Positions 54,923 through 64,000 of a stretch of DNA of 64,000 nucleotides are shown piece after piece. Under the pieces are notes generated by a model, which was not told where the DNA came from, searched no databases, and was given only the letters and a program-made list of their open reading frames with translations. Both the position numbers and the translations under genes were made by a program. How positions within the stretch are numbered: position 1 is the first letter of the stretch; each line of letters starts with the position of its first letter. The DNA is from an uncultured Candidatus Saccharibacteria bacterium (GTDB lineage Bacteria; Patescibacteriota; Minisyncoccia; Minisyncoccales; UBA5738), in assembly GCA_964623335.1 (NCBI GenBank), contig CAZUST010000003.1, positions 869 through 64,868 of the forward strand, given 5' to 3'.

Positions 54923-55699
54923 TTATTTTTTATTTCGGCGCTTTACGATCAATTTGTTGGTCCACTTTCGGGGATTGCGCGTTTTGACACCCATCGCCGG
55001 CTTGCCCCACGGAGTTTTGGCTTTCCTCAAGCCAATACCGGTGCGGCCTTCACCGCCGCCATGCGGATGATCCGGCGGATTCATTGCGGACCCGCGCACT
55101 GTCGGCCTCCAGCCCTTATGCCTCTTAGCGCCCGCTTTACCAAAATTTTCAAAACGATATTCGGGATGGGAAACTTGGCCGATACTGGCAAAACAAGTCG
55201 CGTAAACCTTGCGAATTTCTTTGGAAGGCATCCGTAAATGCACGAAATCACCGTCGATGGCCATAACCGTAGCCATGCCTCCGGCCGAGCGAACCATTCT
55301 GCCGCCCTTGCCGACCTCCAATTCAATATTGAAAATTTCGGTACCTACCGGGACATTTCTGAGCATTACGCGGTTGCCGGTTTTTACCGGAGCATCCGCG
55401 GCGCACAAAATTTCGTCGCCGACATTCAAATTGTTGGCTGCCAAAATATAGCGTTTTTCGCCGCCTTCGTATTCCACCAACGCCAGATATGCAGTCCGGT
55501 TCGGGTCGTACTCGAAGGCCACGATATTGCCCTTAATCCCTAATTTTTCCTGGCCGAAATCAACCACGCGGTACATCTTCTTAACACCCGCGCCGCGATG
55601 GCGCACCGTAATCACGCCCGAGAAGTTTCTTCCGGCTTTGCTTTTCAGGGGTCTGAGCAAATGCTTTTCCGGCCTTTTTTGGGATAATTGGGTTTTCAT
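54923..55699 (-). CDS. rplB: Ribosomal protein L2
   Basis: L2 sequence, including ...GGGEGRTGIG... Confidence 0.9.
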   Translation of the reverse strand: MKTQLSQKRPEKHLLRPLKSKAGRNFSGVITVRHRGAGVKKMYRVVDFGQEKLGIKGNIVAFEYDPNRTAYLALVEYEGGEKRYILAANNLNVGDEILCAADAPVKTGNRVMLRNVPVGTEIFNIELEVGKGGRMVRSAGGMATVMAIDGDFVHLRMPSKEIRKVYATCFASIGQVSHPEYRFENFGKAGAKRHKGWRPTVRGSAMNPPDHPHGGGEGRTGIGLRKAKTPWGKPAMGVKTRNPRKWTNKLIVKRRNKK

Positions 55700-55704
55700 A
55701 TTGG

Positions 55705-56118
55705 TTATTTAGGCAGGACTTCAATGGTTTGCCCTTTTTTGATTGAAACAATCGCTTTGCGATAACCGGGTTTCACTGATATGCCGCGGCCGCGGCGGCG
55801 ACTTTTTTCAGGGATATTCACAATATTCACTCCGGTAACCTTAACCTTGTAGCTTCCTTCGACAGCCTTGGCAATCTCGGTCTTATTGACACCGGGCGCG
55901 ACTTTGAAAACATATTTATTGGCATCCGCCAAACGCGCCGCTTTTTCGGTAATGTGAGCGCCGCGCAAAATTCTCGCCGCGGCGGCAGTCAAGCCAACCC
56001 TGCCCGTGCTTTTTTCCGCCGGGGCAAGGGCTTTCTTCGCTTTCTTGGAATCGGATGCGGCCTCAGCCTGATTTTTCGCGGCGGCCTTTTCGTCTTTTTT
56101 GAAAATATTGATTGCCAT
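55705..56118 (-). CDS. rplW: Ribosomal protein L23 (with N-terminal extension)
   Basis: L23 core ILRGAHITEKA...YVFKVAP.... Confidence 0.85.
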   Translation of the reverse strand: MAINIFKKDEKAAAKNQAEAASDSKKAKKALAPAEKSTGRVGLTAAAARILRGAHITEKAARLADANKYVFKVAPGVNKTEIAKAVEGSYKVKVTGVNIVNIPEKSRRRGRGISVKPGYRKAIVSIKKGQTIEVLPK

Positions 56119-56120
56119 AT

Positions 56121-56810
56121 CTATTTAGATTTAGCGGTTTTCACGGGCTTGGCGGCCTTTTGCGAGTCCTCGGTATTCAAGCGTGAGATGCTGTCAATCG
56201 CCTTCACCGGCATCAGAAGATATTTCGAATTCAGCAGATCTAGAACATTCAGCTTGGCCGCTTCAATAGTTCGCACATCTTCTAAGTTGCGGCTGGCCAA
56301 GATCAGATTTTTTTCGTAACCGGGCAACGCGATCAGGACACGCCCCTTTTTGAAATTTTCAACATTCTTTTTAATGCTGGCAAGAATATTTACCATTTCC
56401 CGGGTCTTTGGCTGGCTAACCGATAAATCATCCATCATGATCAGCATATTATCCGCCATTTTGGCCGATAAAAGCATCGCCAAGGCCTTACGGCGCATCT
56501 TTTTATTGATTTTGCCGCCATAGACCTTCTCGCTTTTCGGACCAAAAACCACGCCGCCGTGGCGCCATATCGGCGACCGGTTCGACGCGTGGCGCGCCCG
56601 GCCGGTACCCTTTTGCCGCCAAGGCTTTTTGCCGCCGCCGCTTACCTCCCCTCTTCCTTTGGAATTGGCATTCCCCTGCCGGCGATTCGCCATTTGGGTA
56701 ACCGCAACCTGATAAACCAAATCCGGGTTAACTTTAACCTCGAATAAGTCTTTGGGCAATTCAATCTGCCCGGCGACTTCGCCTTTCATATTGTAAGTTT
56801 TGGCCAACAT
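56121..56810 (-). CDS. rplD: Ribosomal protein L4
   Basis: L4 sequence. Confidence 0.9.
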   Translation of the reverse strand: MLAKTYNMKGEVAGQIELPKDLFEVKVNPDLVYQVAVTQMANRRQGNANSKGRGEVSGGGKKPWRQKGTGRARHASNRSPIWRHGGVVFGPKSEKVYGGKINKKMRRKALAMLLSAKMADNMLIMMDDLSVSQPKTREMVNILASIKKNVENFKKGRVLIALPGYEKNLILASRNLEDVRTIEAAKLNVLDLLNSKYLLMPVKAIDSISRLNTEDSQKAAKPVKTAKSK

Positions 56811-56832
56811 AGTCTTGGTATCCTAGAATTGA

Positions 56833-57432
56833 TTATTCACCGCGGATTTCAATCAACGTGCCTTTTCTTCCCGGAACCGCTCCCCGGATCGCTAAAATAT
56901 TGTTTTGGGCATCGATTTTCACAACCTTCAAATTTTTAACGGTAACCCGATCGGCACCCATACGGCCCGGCATGCGACGGCCCTTGCGGATCGACGCACC
57001 CCCCATACCCACGGAACCGACATTGCGAAGTTCATGCTTCTGGCCATGCGTACATGACTTGCGGCCGGCGAATCCATGACGCTTAACCGCGCCTTGGAAT
57101 CCCTTACCTTTAGAGGTGCCGGCGACTTTCACAACATCGCCTTCCTTAAAGATAGTAACATCGATTTTGTCGCCTAAATTCGCCGCGGCATCTTTTTGAG
57201 TCAGGCGGTATTCTTTTATCGATTTGAAAGGCTTTTTGGCTTGGCTTTTTTTAACTTTTTTGGAGTCAATGGACTCGTAACCCAACTGCACCGCGGTATA
57301 GCCATCGTTTTCTTTGGTCTTTACTTGCGTTACTTGACAGGGACCAGCCTCAATCAGGGTGACGGGAGTTTTTTTACCGTCCGTAGCGAATATTTCGGAC
57401 ATGCCGATTTTTTTTCCTAGAATGAATTTCAT
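56833..57432 (-). CDS. rplC: Ribosomal protein L3
   Basis: L3 sequence. Confidence 0.9.
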   Translation of the reverse strand: MKFILGKKIGMSEIFATDGKKTPVTLIEAGPCQVTQVKTKENDGYTAVQLGYESIDSKKVKKSQAKKPFKSIKEYRLTQKDAAANLGDKIDVTIFKEGDVVKVAGTSKGKGFQGAVKRHGFAGRKSCTHGQKHELRNVGSVGMGGASIRKGRRMPGRMGADRVTVKNLKVVKIDAQNNILAIRGAVPGRKGTLIEIRGE

Positions 57433-57529
57433 ATTCGGGTCAAAAGCGCGCCCTTAAGCTTCGATTTTTATATTTCGCATATCGTCCTCGACGAGCTTGA
57501 GACAATATTCAGTAAGGTTAAATCGCCTT

Positions 57530-57560
57530 ACCATTAAGAAAACCGGGCATAGCCCGGTCT
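57530..57560 (-). promoter_or_regulatory. Hairpin plus T-rich tract (attenuator/terminator-like) inside the 300-nt rpsJ-rplC spacer
   Basis: The minus strand reads GGAGACCGGGCtatGCCCGGT TTTCTTAATGG. Confidence 0.35.
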
Positions 57561-57734
57561 CCGCCATGACTATTCAACAATAATAATGAATCTCCCCCAG
57601 GCTTACGCCACGAGGCATCTTCGTTGAACCGCCCTCCGCAACGCTTTGGGCGCTCAATAAATGCTTTTTTATTATAAGCCAAACTTACATATTTGTAAAC
57701 CCCTGCACCAATTATGAGGGATCTACGCCAAGAT

Positions 57735-58085
57735 CTACATCTTTATCTCGATATCCACCCCGGCCGGCAATGTTAAATTGCGCAAAGAATCAATCACTTT
57801 CGGACTGGGATTCACAATATCAAGCAACCGCTTGTGAACACGGATTTCGAACTGTTCGCGCGCGTCTTTGTGGACGAATGTGGAACGGTTCACCGTATAC
57901 TTGTGAATCTCGATCGGCAAAGGTATCGGCCCGAGAACTTCGGCACCGTAACGATAAATCGTTTCGATGATCTGCTTGGTGCAGTTATCGATTACTTTGT
58001 GATCGTATGCCCTAAGCTTGATCCGCAATTTAGGCTTGGCCTCCGCTTTAGCATCCTTATTTGCCTTTTTCGTTGTTGCTGCCAT
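57735..58085 (-). CDS. rpsJ: Ribosomal protein S10
   Basis: S10 sequence. Confidence 0.9.
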   Translation of the reverse strand: MAATTKKANKDAKAEAKPKLRIKLRAYDHKVIDNCTKQIIETIYRYGAEVLGPIPLPIEIHKYTVNRSTFVHKDAREQFEIRVHKRLLDIVNPSPKVIDSLRNLTLPAGVDIEIKM

Positions 58086-58205
58086 TTACCCTTCGAATTC
58101 CTTTTTAATTTCCATTTTGCGGATCTGCGACTCAATTAGCTTCACTTTAGTGGTAATTGAACCGCAGACCCTTATGGTGCTTTGGAATTTTATAAGTGTT
58201 ATTTG

Positions 58206-59405
58206 TTATTTTACGATCTTGGTCACGACTCCCGCGCCCACAGTCTTGCCACCCTCGCGAATAGCAAACTTGGACTTTTCCTCCAACGCGATCGGATTAA
58301 TCAATTTGACATTAAAGGTCACCGTATCGCCAGGCATAACCATTTCCACTCCGGGATTCAGAGTCACTTCGCCGGTAATGTCGCAAGTGCGAACATAAAA
58401 TTGCGGCTTGTATCCGGTAAAGAACGGAGTATGGCGACCGCCTTCTTCCTTAGTCAGGATATATACTTCGGCGGTAAATTCGGTATGGGGAGTGATCGAA
58501 CCGGGTTTGGCCAATACTTGACCGCGCTCCACGTCTTCCTTTTTCAGGCCGCGCAATAAAATACCGACATTATCGCCGGCACGGCCTTCATCCAAGATCT
58601 TCTGGAACATTTCAATCGAAACCGCGGTGGTTTTAGTCGTCGGCTTGATACCCACCAATTCAACCTCTTCATTGGCCTTAATGATACCTCTTTCAATTCT
58701 ACCGGTGGCAACGGTGCCGCGGCCAGCGATCGAAAAGACATCTTCCACAGCCATTAGGAACGGCTTTTCCGTTTCGCGAACCGGTTCGGGAATGTATTCG
58801 TCAACTTTGTCCAAAAGTTCGAGAATGGCTTTGACATTGGGATCATCAACAGAGGTCGCTTCCAGCGCTTTAAGGGCGGAACCGCGGACAAAAGGAATTT
58901 CGTCGCCGGGGAAATGATATTTCTTGAGAAGTTCGCGAACCTCGGACTCAACCAAATCGATCATTTCCGGATCGTCTACCATATCGCATTTATTCAGGAA
59001 TACCACCATTGCCGGAAGTCCTACCTGATAGGCCAGCAAAATGTGTTCGCGAGTCTGGGGCATCGCGCCATCAGCGGCGGAAACCACCAAGATACCGCCA
59101 TCCATTTGCGCCGCGCCGGTGATCATATTTTTAATGTAGTCGGCATGTCCCGGGCAGTCAATGTGAGCATAATGCCTTTTGGCGGTTTCGTATTCCAAAT
59201 GCGCGATATTGATCGTCACGCCGCGCTGCTTTTCTTCCGGAGCGGAATCAATCTGGTCCATCGTTTTCTCAACCACTTTCGGATCCTTTAAGTGCAACGC
59301 GTGCAGGATTGCCGCGCTGGTCGTGGTCTTACCATGGTCAACGTGGCCAATGGTGCCAATGTTTAAGTGCGTTTTGTCTCTGACAAATTTTTCTTTTTCT
59401 GCCAT
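58206..59405 (-). CDS. tuf: Elongation factor Tu
   Basis: MAEKEKF...[14 protein letters not shown] and NKCD G-domain motifs. The track's N-terminal 18 codons are upstream extension before the canonical ATG. Confidence 0.95.
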   Translation of the reverse strand: MAEKEKFVRDKTHLNIGTIGHVDHGKTTTSAAILHALHLKDPKVVEKTMDQIDSAPEEKQRGVTINIAHLEYETAKRHYAHIDCPGHADYIKNMITGAAQMDGGILVVSAADGAMPQTREHILLAYQVGLPAMVVFLNKCDMVDDPEMIDLVESEVRELLKKYHFPGDEIPFVRGSALKALEATSVDDPNVKAILELLDKVDEYIPEPVRETEKPFLMAVEDVFSIAGRGTVATGRIERGIIKANEEVELVGIKPTTKTTAVSIEMFQKILDEGRAGDNVGILLRGLKKEDVERGQVLAKPGSITPHTEFTAEVYILTKEEGGRHTPFFTGYKPQFYVRTCDITGEVTLNPGVEMVMPGDTVTFNVKLINPIALEEKSKFAIREGGKTVGAGVVTKIVK

Positions 59406-59526
59406 AGGTTTTTGATTTAAATTTTTTGGTTTAAAAAATAGACGAATTAAAAAGCGCAAAATAACGCGACAATTCTATATTACTCATTTTCAACCAAATG
59501 TCAAATTAAAGCCGGCGCCAAGCTTT

Positions 59527-61635
59527 TTACTTGCGCTTGCCTTCAATGATCTCGGCCGCGACATTACCCGGAACCTCTTCGTAATGGTCGAATTCCATTG
59601 TGAAAGTGCCACGTCCCTGCGTCAATGAACGCAGATTCGTGGCATAGCCGAACATTTCGGCTAAAGGAACTTTCGCGTTGATAATTTTTGATTCCATCTG
59701 GTCTTCGGTATTTTCGATGCGACCGCGGCGCGAAGAAATGTCGCCGATAACATCACCGAAAAATTCTTGCGGAATAGTGATCTCCAGTTTCATGATCGGT
59801 TCCAGCAAAATCGGATTAGCTTTGCGGGCCGCCGACTGCAATGCCATCGAACCAGCGATCTTAAACGCCATTTCCGAAGAATCGACATCGTGGAACGAGC
59901 CGTCGTACATGGTCGCTTTCATGTCGACCATGGGATACCCGGCGATAACACCTTTGGCCATTGCCTCTTCGATGCCTTTGGCCGCCGGTTTAATGAATTC
60001 CTTGGGAACCACGCCGCCCTTGATCTCATCGACAAATTCGAATCCCTCTCCCCGCCCCTTGGGTTCCAAACGGATCCAAACATCCCCGTATTGGCCGCGG
60101 CCGCCGGACTGTTTGACGAATTTACCTTGAGCTTCGGAGCTACCCTTGATAGTTTCTTTGTAAGCCACCTGCGGCCGGCCAACGTTGGCTTCCACCTTGA
60201 ATTCACGCTTCATGCGGTCAACAATGATATCCAAATGGAGTTCGCCCATGCCGCGGATGATTATCTCGTTGGTTTCTTCATCAGTTTCCACGCGGAAAGT
60301 CGGATCCTCATCGGACAGCTTCTTTAGCGCGAAGCCCATCTTTTCCTGGTCCGCTTTGGTCTTGGGTTCGATGCGAATCGAAATAACCGGTTCCGGGAAA
60401 GTAATCTTTTCCAGGACAATGGGCGCATTTTCATCGCAAAGAGTATGGCCGGTAGTCGTATTTTTTAAACCGACAGTAGCGGCAATATCGCCGGCAAGAA
60501 CTTCATCGATCTCCTTGCGGTCGTTAGCGTACATGCGCAAAATGCGGCCGATGCGCTCCTTTTCGCCGGTAGTCGTATTTAAAAGATAAGAGCCTTTTTT
60601 CAAGGTGCCCGAATAAGCGCGGAAGAATGTTAAAGTTCCCACATAAGGATCGGCCGCGATTTTGAACGCCAGCGCCGTAAACGGCTCATTGTCGTCAGGA
60701 TGACGCTCAACTTCGGTATTGGTGCGCGGATCGGTGCCTTTTACCGGCGGCACATCCAATGGGCTGGGCAGATAATAGCAAACCGCGTCGAGCATCGGCT
60801 GCACGCCGGTATTTTTCAAAGAAGAACCATAGAGTACCGGAATGATCGCTCCCTTAATCGTAGCCGCCCGCAAAGTCGCGCGCAACTCGTCGACGGAAAT
60901 TTCCTCGCCGCCGAGATACTTATTCATCAAGATTTCGTCTTCGGCAACGATCTTTTCCACCATTTTATTGCGCCAATCTTTGGCCATGTCGGCCATATCG
61001 ACCGGAATTTCCTCTTCAACCACGTCCTGGCCGTTATCGCCCTTAAAGCGCAAGGCTTTCATTTTTATCAGATCCACCACCCCATCCAGCGCGGCTTCTT
61101 CGCCGATTGGAATATTGATCGCGATCGCGTTTTTGTTCAATTTCTTCCAGATGGATTGCAGGCTGCGCTCAAAACTGGCGCCGGTACGGTCCATTTTGTT
61201 GATGAAACAAATACGGGGCACGGAATATTTGTCGGCTTGGCGCCAAACGGTTTCGGACTGGGGTTGCACGCCGGCAACGCCATCGAATACCACCACCGCA
61301 CCATCCAAAACACGCAGCGCGCGCTGAACCTCGGCGGTAAAGTCAATGTGTCCGGGGGTATCAATAATATTGAAACGGTGTTCGTTGGTTTTCTGCTTGG
61401 TCAAATATTCGCCCGGAGACCAGAAACAGGTGGTCGCCGCCGAAGTGATCGTGATTCCGCGTTCCCGCTCCTGTTCCATCCAGTCCATTATCGCCGCGCC
61501 TTCGTGCACTTCGCCGATCTTATGGGACAAGCCGGTGTAAAACAAAATGCGCTCGGAAGTGGTAGTCTTGCCGGCATCAATATGGGCGATAACGCCGAAA
61601 TTGCGGTATTTTTCAATGGGAGCGGTACGGGCCAT
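59527..61635 (-). CDS. fusA: Elongation factor G
   Basis: [14 protein letters not shown] and NKMD motifs; 702 aa. Confidence 0.95.
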   Translation of the reverse strand: MARTAPIEKYRNFGVIAHIDAGKTTTSERILFYTGLSHKIGEVHEGAAIMDWMEQERERGITITSAATTCFWSPGEYLTKQKTNEHRFNIIDTPGHIDFTAEVQRALRVLDGAVVVFDGVAGVQPQSETVWRQADKYSVPRICFINKMDRTGASFERSLQSIWKKLNKNAIAINIPIGEEAALDGVVDLIKMKALRFKGDNGQDVVEEEIPVDMADMAKDWRNKMVEKIVAEDEILMNKYLGGEEISVDELRATLRAATIKGAIIPVLYGSSLKNTGVQPMLDAVCYYLPSPLDVPPVKGTDPRTNTEVERHPDDNEPFTALAFKIAADPYVGTLTFFRAYSGTLKKGSYLLNTTTGEKERIGRILRMYANDRKEIDEVLAGDIAATVGLKNTTTGHTLCDENAPIVLEKITFPEPVISIRIEPKTKADQEKMGFALKKLSDEDPTFRVETDEETNEIIIRGMGELHLDIIVDRMKREFKVEANVGRPQVAYKETIKGSSEAQGKFVKQSGGRGQYGDVWIRLEPKGRGEGFEFVDEIKGGVVPKEFIKPAAKGIEEAMAKGVIAGYPMVDMKATMYDGSFHDVDSSEMAFKIAGSMALQSAARKANPILLEPIMKLEITIPQEFFGDVIGDISSRRGRIENTEDQMESKIINAKVPLAEMFGYATNLRSLTQGRGTFTMEFDHYEEVPGNVAAEIIEGKRK

Positions 61636-61780
61636 AAGTTAATTTTTAATTTTCAGTCTTCAATTTTTAAACAAAATGTTTAAAAATTGGCATTGAAAAT
61701 TAAATAGAATTTATAAGTTAGTTGTTTGGATTGATTCAATAGATTATCGCGCGTCCAAGGCGGTGCGGCATTCCCGCGGA

Positions 61781-61880
61781 AAAGTTTATTAATCCTCCGC
61801 GGCGCGGCCGCCACCCTGCGGACTGGTATTCATCCCCGCCGCGGAGCCTCGGGGCATTCCGCCGGATTAATAAATTAAAA
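61781..61880. repeat. Diverged GC-rich palindromic repeat (reverse orientation of the GC-hairpin family) in the fusA-rpsG spacer
   Basis: CCGCGGAAAAGTTTATTAATCCTCCGCGGCGCGG...CCGCCGCGGAGCCTCGGGGCATTCCGCCGGATTAATAAA. Its reverse complement matches the TTTATT.ATCCGGCGGAAT.CCCCGAGG core. Confidence 0.55.
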
Positions 61881-61936
61881 TGCCAAAGGGTTTGGCACAC
61901 CTTTAGCATTTTAAGTTCTTTTCCAAATTGATAAAA

Positions 61937-62404
61937 CTAGAATTTGAAGTGTGCGAACGCCCGATTTGCTTCGGCCATTCGGTGAGTATCTTCTTTTTTC
62001 TTCACCGCAACGCCGGTATTGTTAGCCGCGCTTATCAGCTCTTCGGCAAGCTTATCCTTCATCGGACTGCCCTTCTTTTTACGGGCCGATTCAAGAAGCC
62101 AGCGGACCGCGAGAGCCACTCCCCTTTCTTTACCCACAGGTTTCGGCACCTGGTAAGTCGCGCCGCCGATGCGCTGGGATTTAACTTCCAGCAAAGGACG
62201 GGCGTTATTCAAAGCCAAGTCGAAAACCTCGATCGGATCTTTGCCGGTCTTTTCCTTCATAATGTCGAGGGCGCCATACACGATCTTTTTAGCGGTGTTC
62301 TTCTTGCCCTTCTTCATTATATGATTGATCACTTGAGCCACGACCACGCTGTTGTAAACCGGATCCGGGGCAACCTCTTTTTTGATATTTTTCTTGCCTG
62401 CCAT
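61937..62404 (-). CDS. rpsG: Ribosomal protein S7
   Basis: S7 sequence. Confidence 0.9.
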   Translation of the reverse strand: MAGKKNIKKEVAPDPVYNSVVVAQVINHIMKKGKKNTAKKIVYGALDIMKEKTGKDPIEVFDLALNNARPLLEVKSQRIGGATYQVPKPVGKERGVALAVRWLLESARKKKGSPMKDKLAEELISAANNTGVAVKKKEDTHRMAEANRAFAHFKF

Positions 62405-62414
62405 AGTAAATTCT

Positions 62415-62455
62415 TTGATTTATGATTTACGAATCATGATTTATGATCGGAATAC
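62415..62455. repeat. Degenerate GATTTAT heptamer repeat block upstream of rpsG
   Basis: gatttatgatttacgaatcatgatttatgatcggaat resembles the (GATTTAT)4 block upstream of rseP, including the flanking CCGAT / GCGGAAT context. Confidence 0.5.
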
Positions 62456-62506
62456 GGAATCCGCATTTGATCTTAAATCATACATCTTAAATCGTGATTC
62501 GGTATT

Positions 62507-62917
62507 TTATTTGGGTTTCTTTACGCCGTATTTAGAGCGTTCCTGCCGGCGCTTTTCCACTCCGGCGCAGTCGAGCTTGCCTCTCACGATATGATAGCGC
62601 ACGCCGGGCAGATCCTTAACGCGGCCGCCGCGAATCAGGACGATTGAGTGCTCCTGCAATTTATGGCCTTCACCCGGAATATACGCGGTAACTTCCATAC
62701 CGTTGGTCAATTTCACGCGGGCAACCTTACGCAAAGCCGAATTAGGTTTCTTGGGAGTCGCGGTAAAAACTTTCGTGCAAATGCCCCGTTTTAAAGGCGA
62801 TTTGTAATCGCGCGGACGGTTCTTTAACGTGTTGAATCCGAAAGCCAAAGCCGGCGCCTTTGTCTTATGGGCGCGCTTTGGCCTCTTGTGTTTGATCAGT
62901 TGATGGATGGTTGCCAT
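62507..62917 (-). CDS. rpsL: Ribosomal protein S12
   Basis: [24 protein letters not shown]... is the canonical S12 N-terminus at an internal ATG. The track's 43-codon upstream extension is unlikely to be real. Confidence 0.9.
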   Translation of the reverse strand: MATIHQLIKHKRPKRAHKTKAPALAFGFNTLKNRPRDYKSPLKRGICTKVFTATPKKPNSALRKVARVKLTNGMEVTAYIPGEGHKLQEHSIVLIRGGRVKDLPGVRYHIVRGKLDCAGVEKRRQERSKYGVKKPK

Positions 62918-63053
62918 AAATAATCGATGAGTTAATGAATAACGAGTTGATGAGAAAACGCAAAATAAAAACTTGATGAGCCGTTGACTCAAACATTTAA
63001 ATAAATACCATAATCGGGAATAAAAGTCAATTTTCCCTGAAAGCAAAAAAATA

Positions 63054-63689
63054 CTAAACCAGCGGCGCGCCCACGATCAGACGGTATAAAAATTCAATAA
63101 TGGGGCTAATGATGCCCGAAAAAAAATAAATTATCAGCAGTAAAATCCAGAAACCGTATTTCTGCAGAAATATTTTGAAATCTTCCTGGGATTTCGGCAG
63201 AAAGGTGAACAAAATACGGGAACCGTCGAGCGGCGGGATCGGAATAAGGTTAAAAACCGCCAATACAAGATTAACAACCACAACCACCTGACAAAGCGCG
63301 TAAAATCCCGCGCTAACCGGATTGGAAACCGCCGGCCAAAACCGCAACAATAATCCGAAGACGGCCGCCAGGGCGATATTAGCGGCGGCGCCGGCGACGG
63401 CAACTTTAGCTTCGCCGTATTTACGATCACGGAAATTATAAGGGTTGATCGGTACCGGCTTGGCATAACCGAAGACAAACGCTCCTTGCGAGATCAGGTA
63501 GAGGATCAAGGGCAAAATGAACGAACCGATCGGGTCCAAATGCTTCAAGGGGTTCAGCGACAGACGGCCGGCGTATTTGGCGGTCAAATCACCCTGCGCC
63601 GCGGCCGCGGCGCCATGCGCGATCTCGTGGATCATTATCGAAATTATCAGCACAATCACCATAAACACTGCCGATAGAAGATCAACCAT
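63054..63689 (-). CDS. Site-2 protease family (M50) zinc metalloprotease, small multi-TM form
   Basis: HEIAH zinc motif in TM1, an LDG motif later, and about six TM helices. Confidence 0.7.
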   Translation of the reverse strand: MVDLLSAVFMVIVLIISIMIHEIAHGAAAAAQGDLTAKYAGRLSLNPLKHLDPIGSFILPLILYLISQGAFVFGYAKPVPINPYNFRDRKYGEAKVAVAGAAANIALAAVFGLLLRFWPAVSNPVSAGFYALCQVVVVVNLVLAVFNLIPIPPLDGSRILFTFLPKSQEDFKIFLQKYGFWILLLIIYFFSGIISPIIEFLYRLIVGAPLV

Positions 63690-64000
63690 AATAATTATAT
63701 GACTTTCGCGTTCGAAAAATTAAATTTTAAGCCGCAAAAGTTATATTTTAGTTAATTGTTGACGCCGGGAAGCGCCGGGAAGCAACGCGATAAATGTATT
63801 GAAAGGGATGGTAATTGTCAATATGCCGTTTTTAATATGCCGTTTTTAAATCAAATATATATTTCCCAAATGTATATTTTCCCATCCACCGGTTTTCAAA
63901 GGCTTGCCCCGGGATTGTTTCTGGATAAAAGAGAGGTTTGGGCAAATTGTATCATAACATGGGCGGCTTCCGCAAATAATAACGTCTACGCACATACTAA

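Overview
This 64 kb window looks like part of a small, streamlined bacterial genome. I infer a CPR/Patescibacteria-like lineage from these features:
- ribosomal protein L30 is absent between S5 and L15;
- RpoA is short and lacks the C-terminal domain;
- there are two MreB paralogs;
- many repeat-rich intergenic regions.

Nearly all genes are on the minus strand. The window has four parts.

1. Type IV pilus locus (1-4.7 kb): three prepilin-like genes, one with an LVIVD beta-propeller, plus pilC and pilB.
2. AT-rich integrative island (about 4.8-20.2 kb), visibly more AT-rich than the core:
- it ends with a large serine recombinase whose 3' end overlaps the 3' end of a tRNA-Asp gene, next to a tRNA-Met;
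- it carries a Type III restriction-modification system (mod/res) and an AlpA/excisionase-type HTH;
- it carries a zinc-finger/Toprim primase, a membrane-anchored DUF2726 nuclease-like gene and several unknown ORFs;
- two of the unknown ORFs (12204-14343) overlap by about 130 bp.
3. Housekeeping block (21-35 kb): gatCA, mreB, proS, rseP, frr, holB, a second mreB, and an MFS transporter.
4. Ribosomal superoperon region (35.8-63 kb) on the minus strand:
- it runs rpsL-rpsG-fusA-tuf-rpsJ through rplO-secY-adk-map-infA-rpmJ-rpsM-rpsK-rpsD-rpoA-rplQ, then rplM-rpsI;
- tpiA, a GalT-like gene and a GT2 glycosyltransferase sit between rplQ and map.

The least expected content is intergenic. Four families of structured repeats recur across the window:
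- a roughly 135-nt element made of an AT-rich box followed by three hairpins, with compensatory base changes between copies. One copy lies downstream of a promoter-like sequence with no ORF.
- a GC-rich hairpin unit of roughly 82-89 bp arranged in tandem arrays.
- a roughly 150-nt element that shares the same AT-rich box.
- a 189-bp MITE with 21-bp terminal inverted repeats. Two copies flank the MFS transporter gene.

These repeats also sit inside the ribosomal operons, between rpsE and rplR and between fusA and rpsG. All gene functions are inferred from motifs I recognised by reading the translations. No database search was possible.
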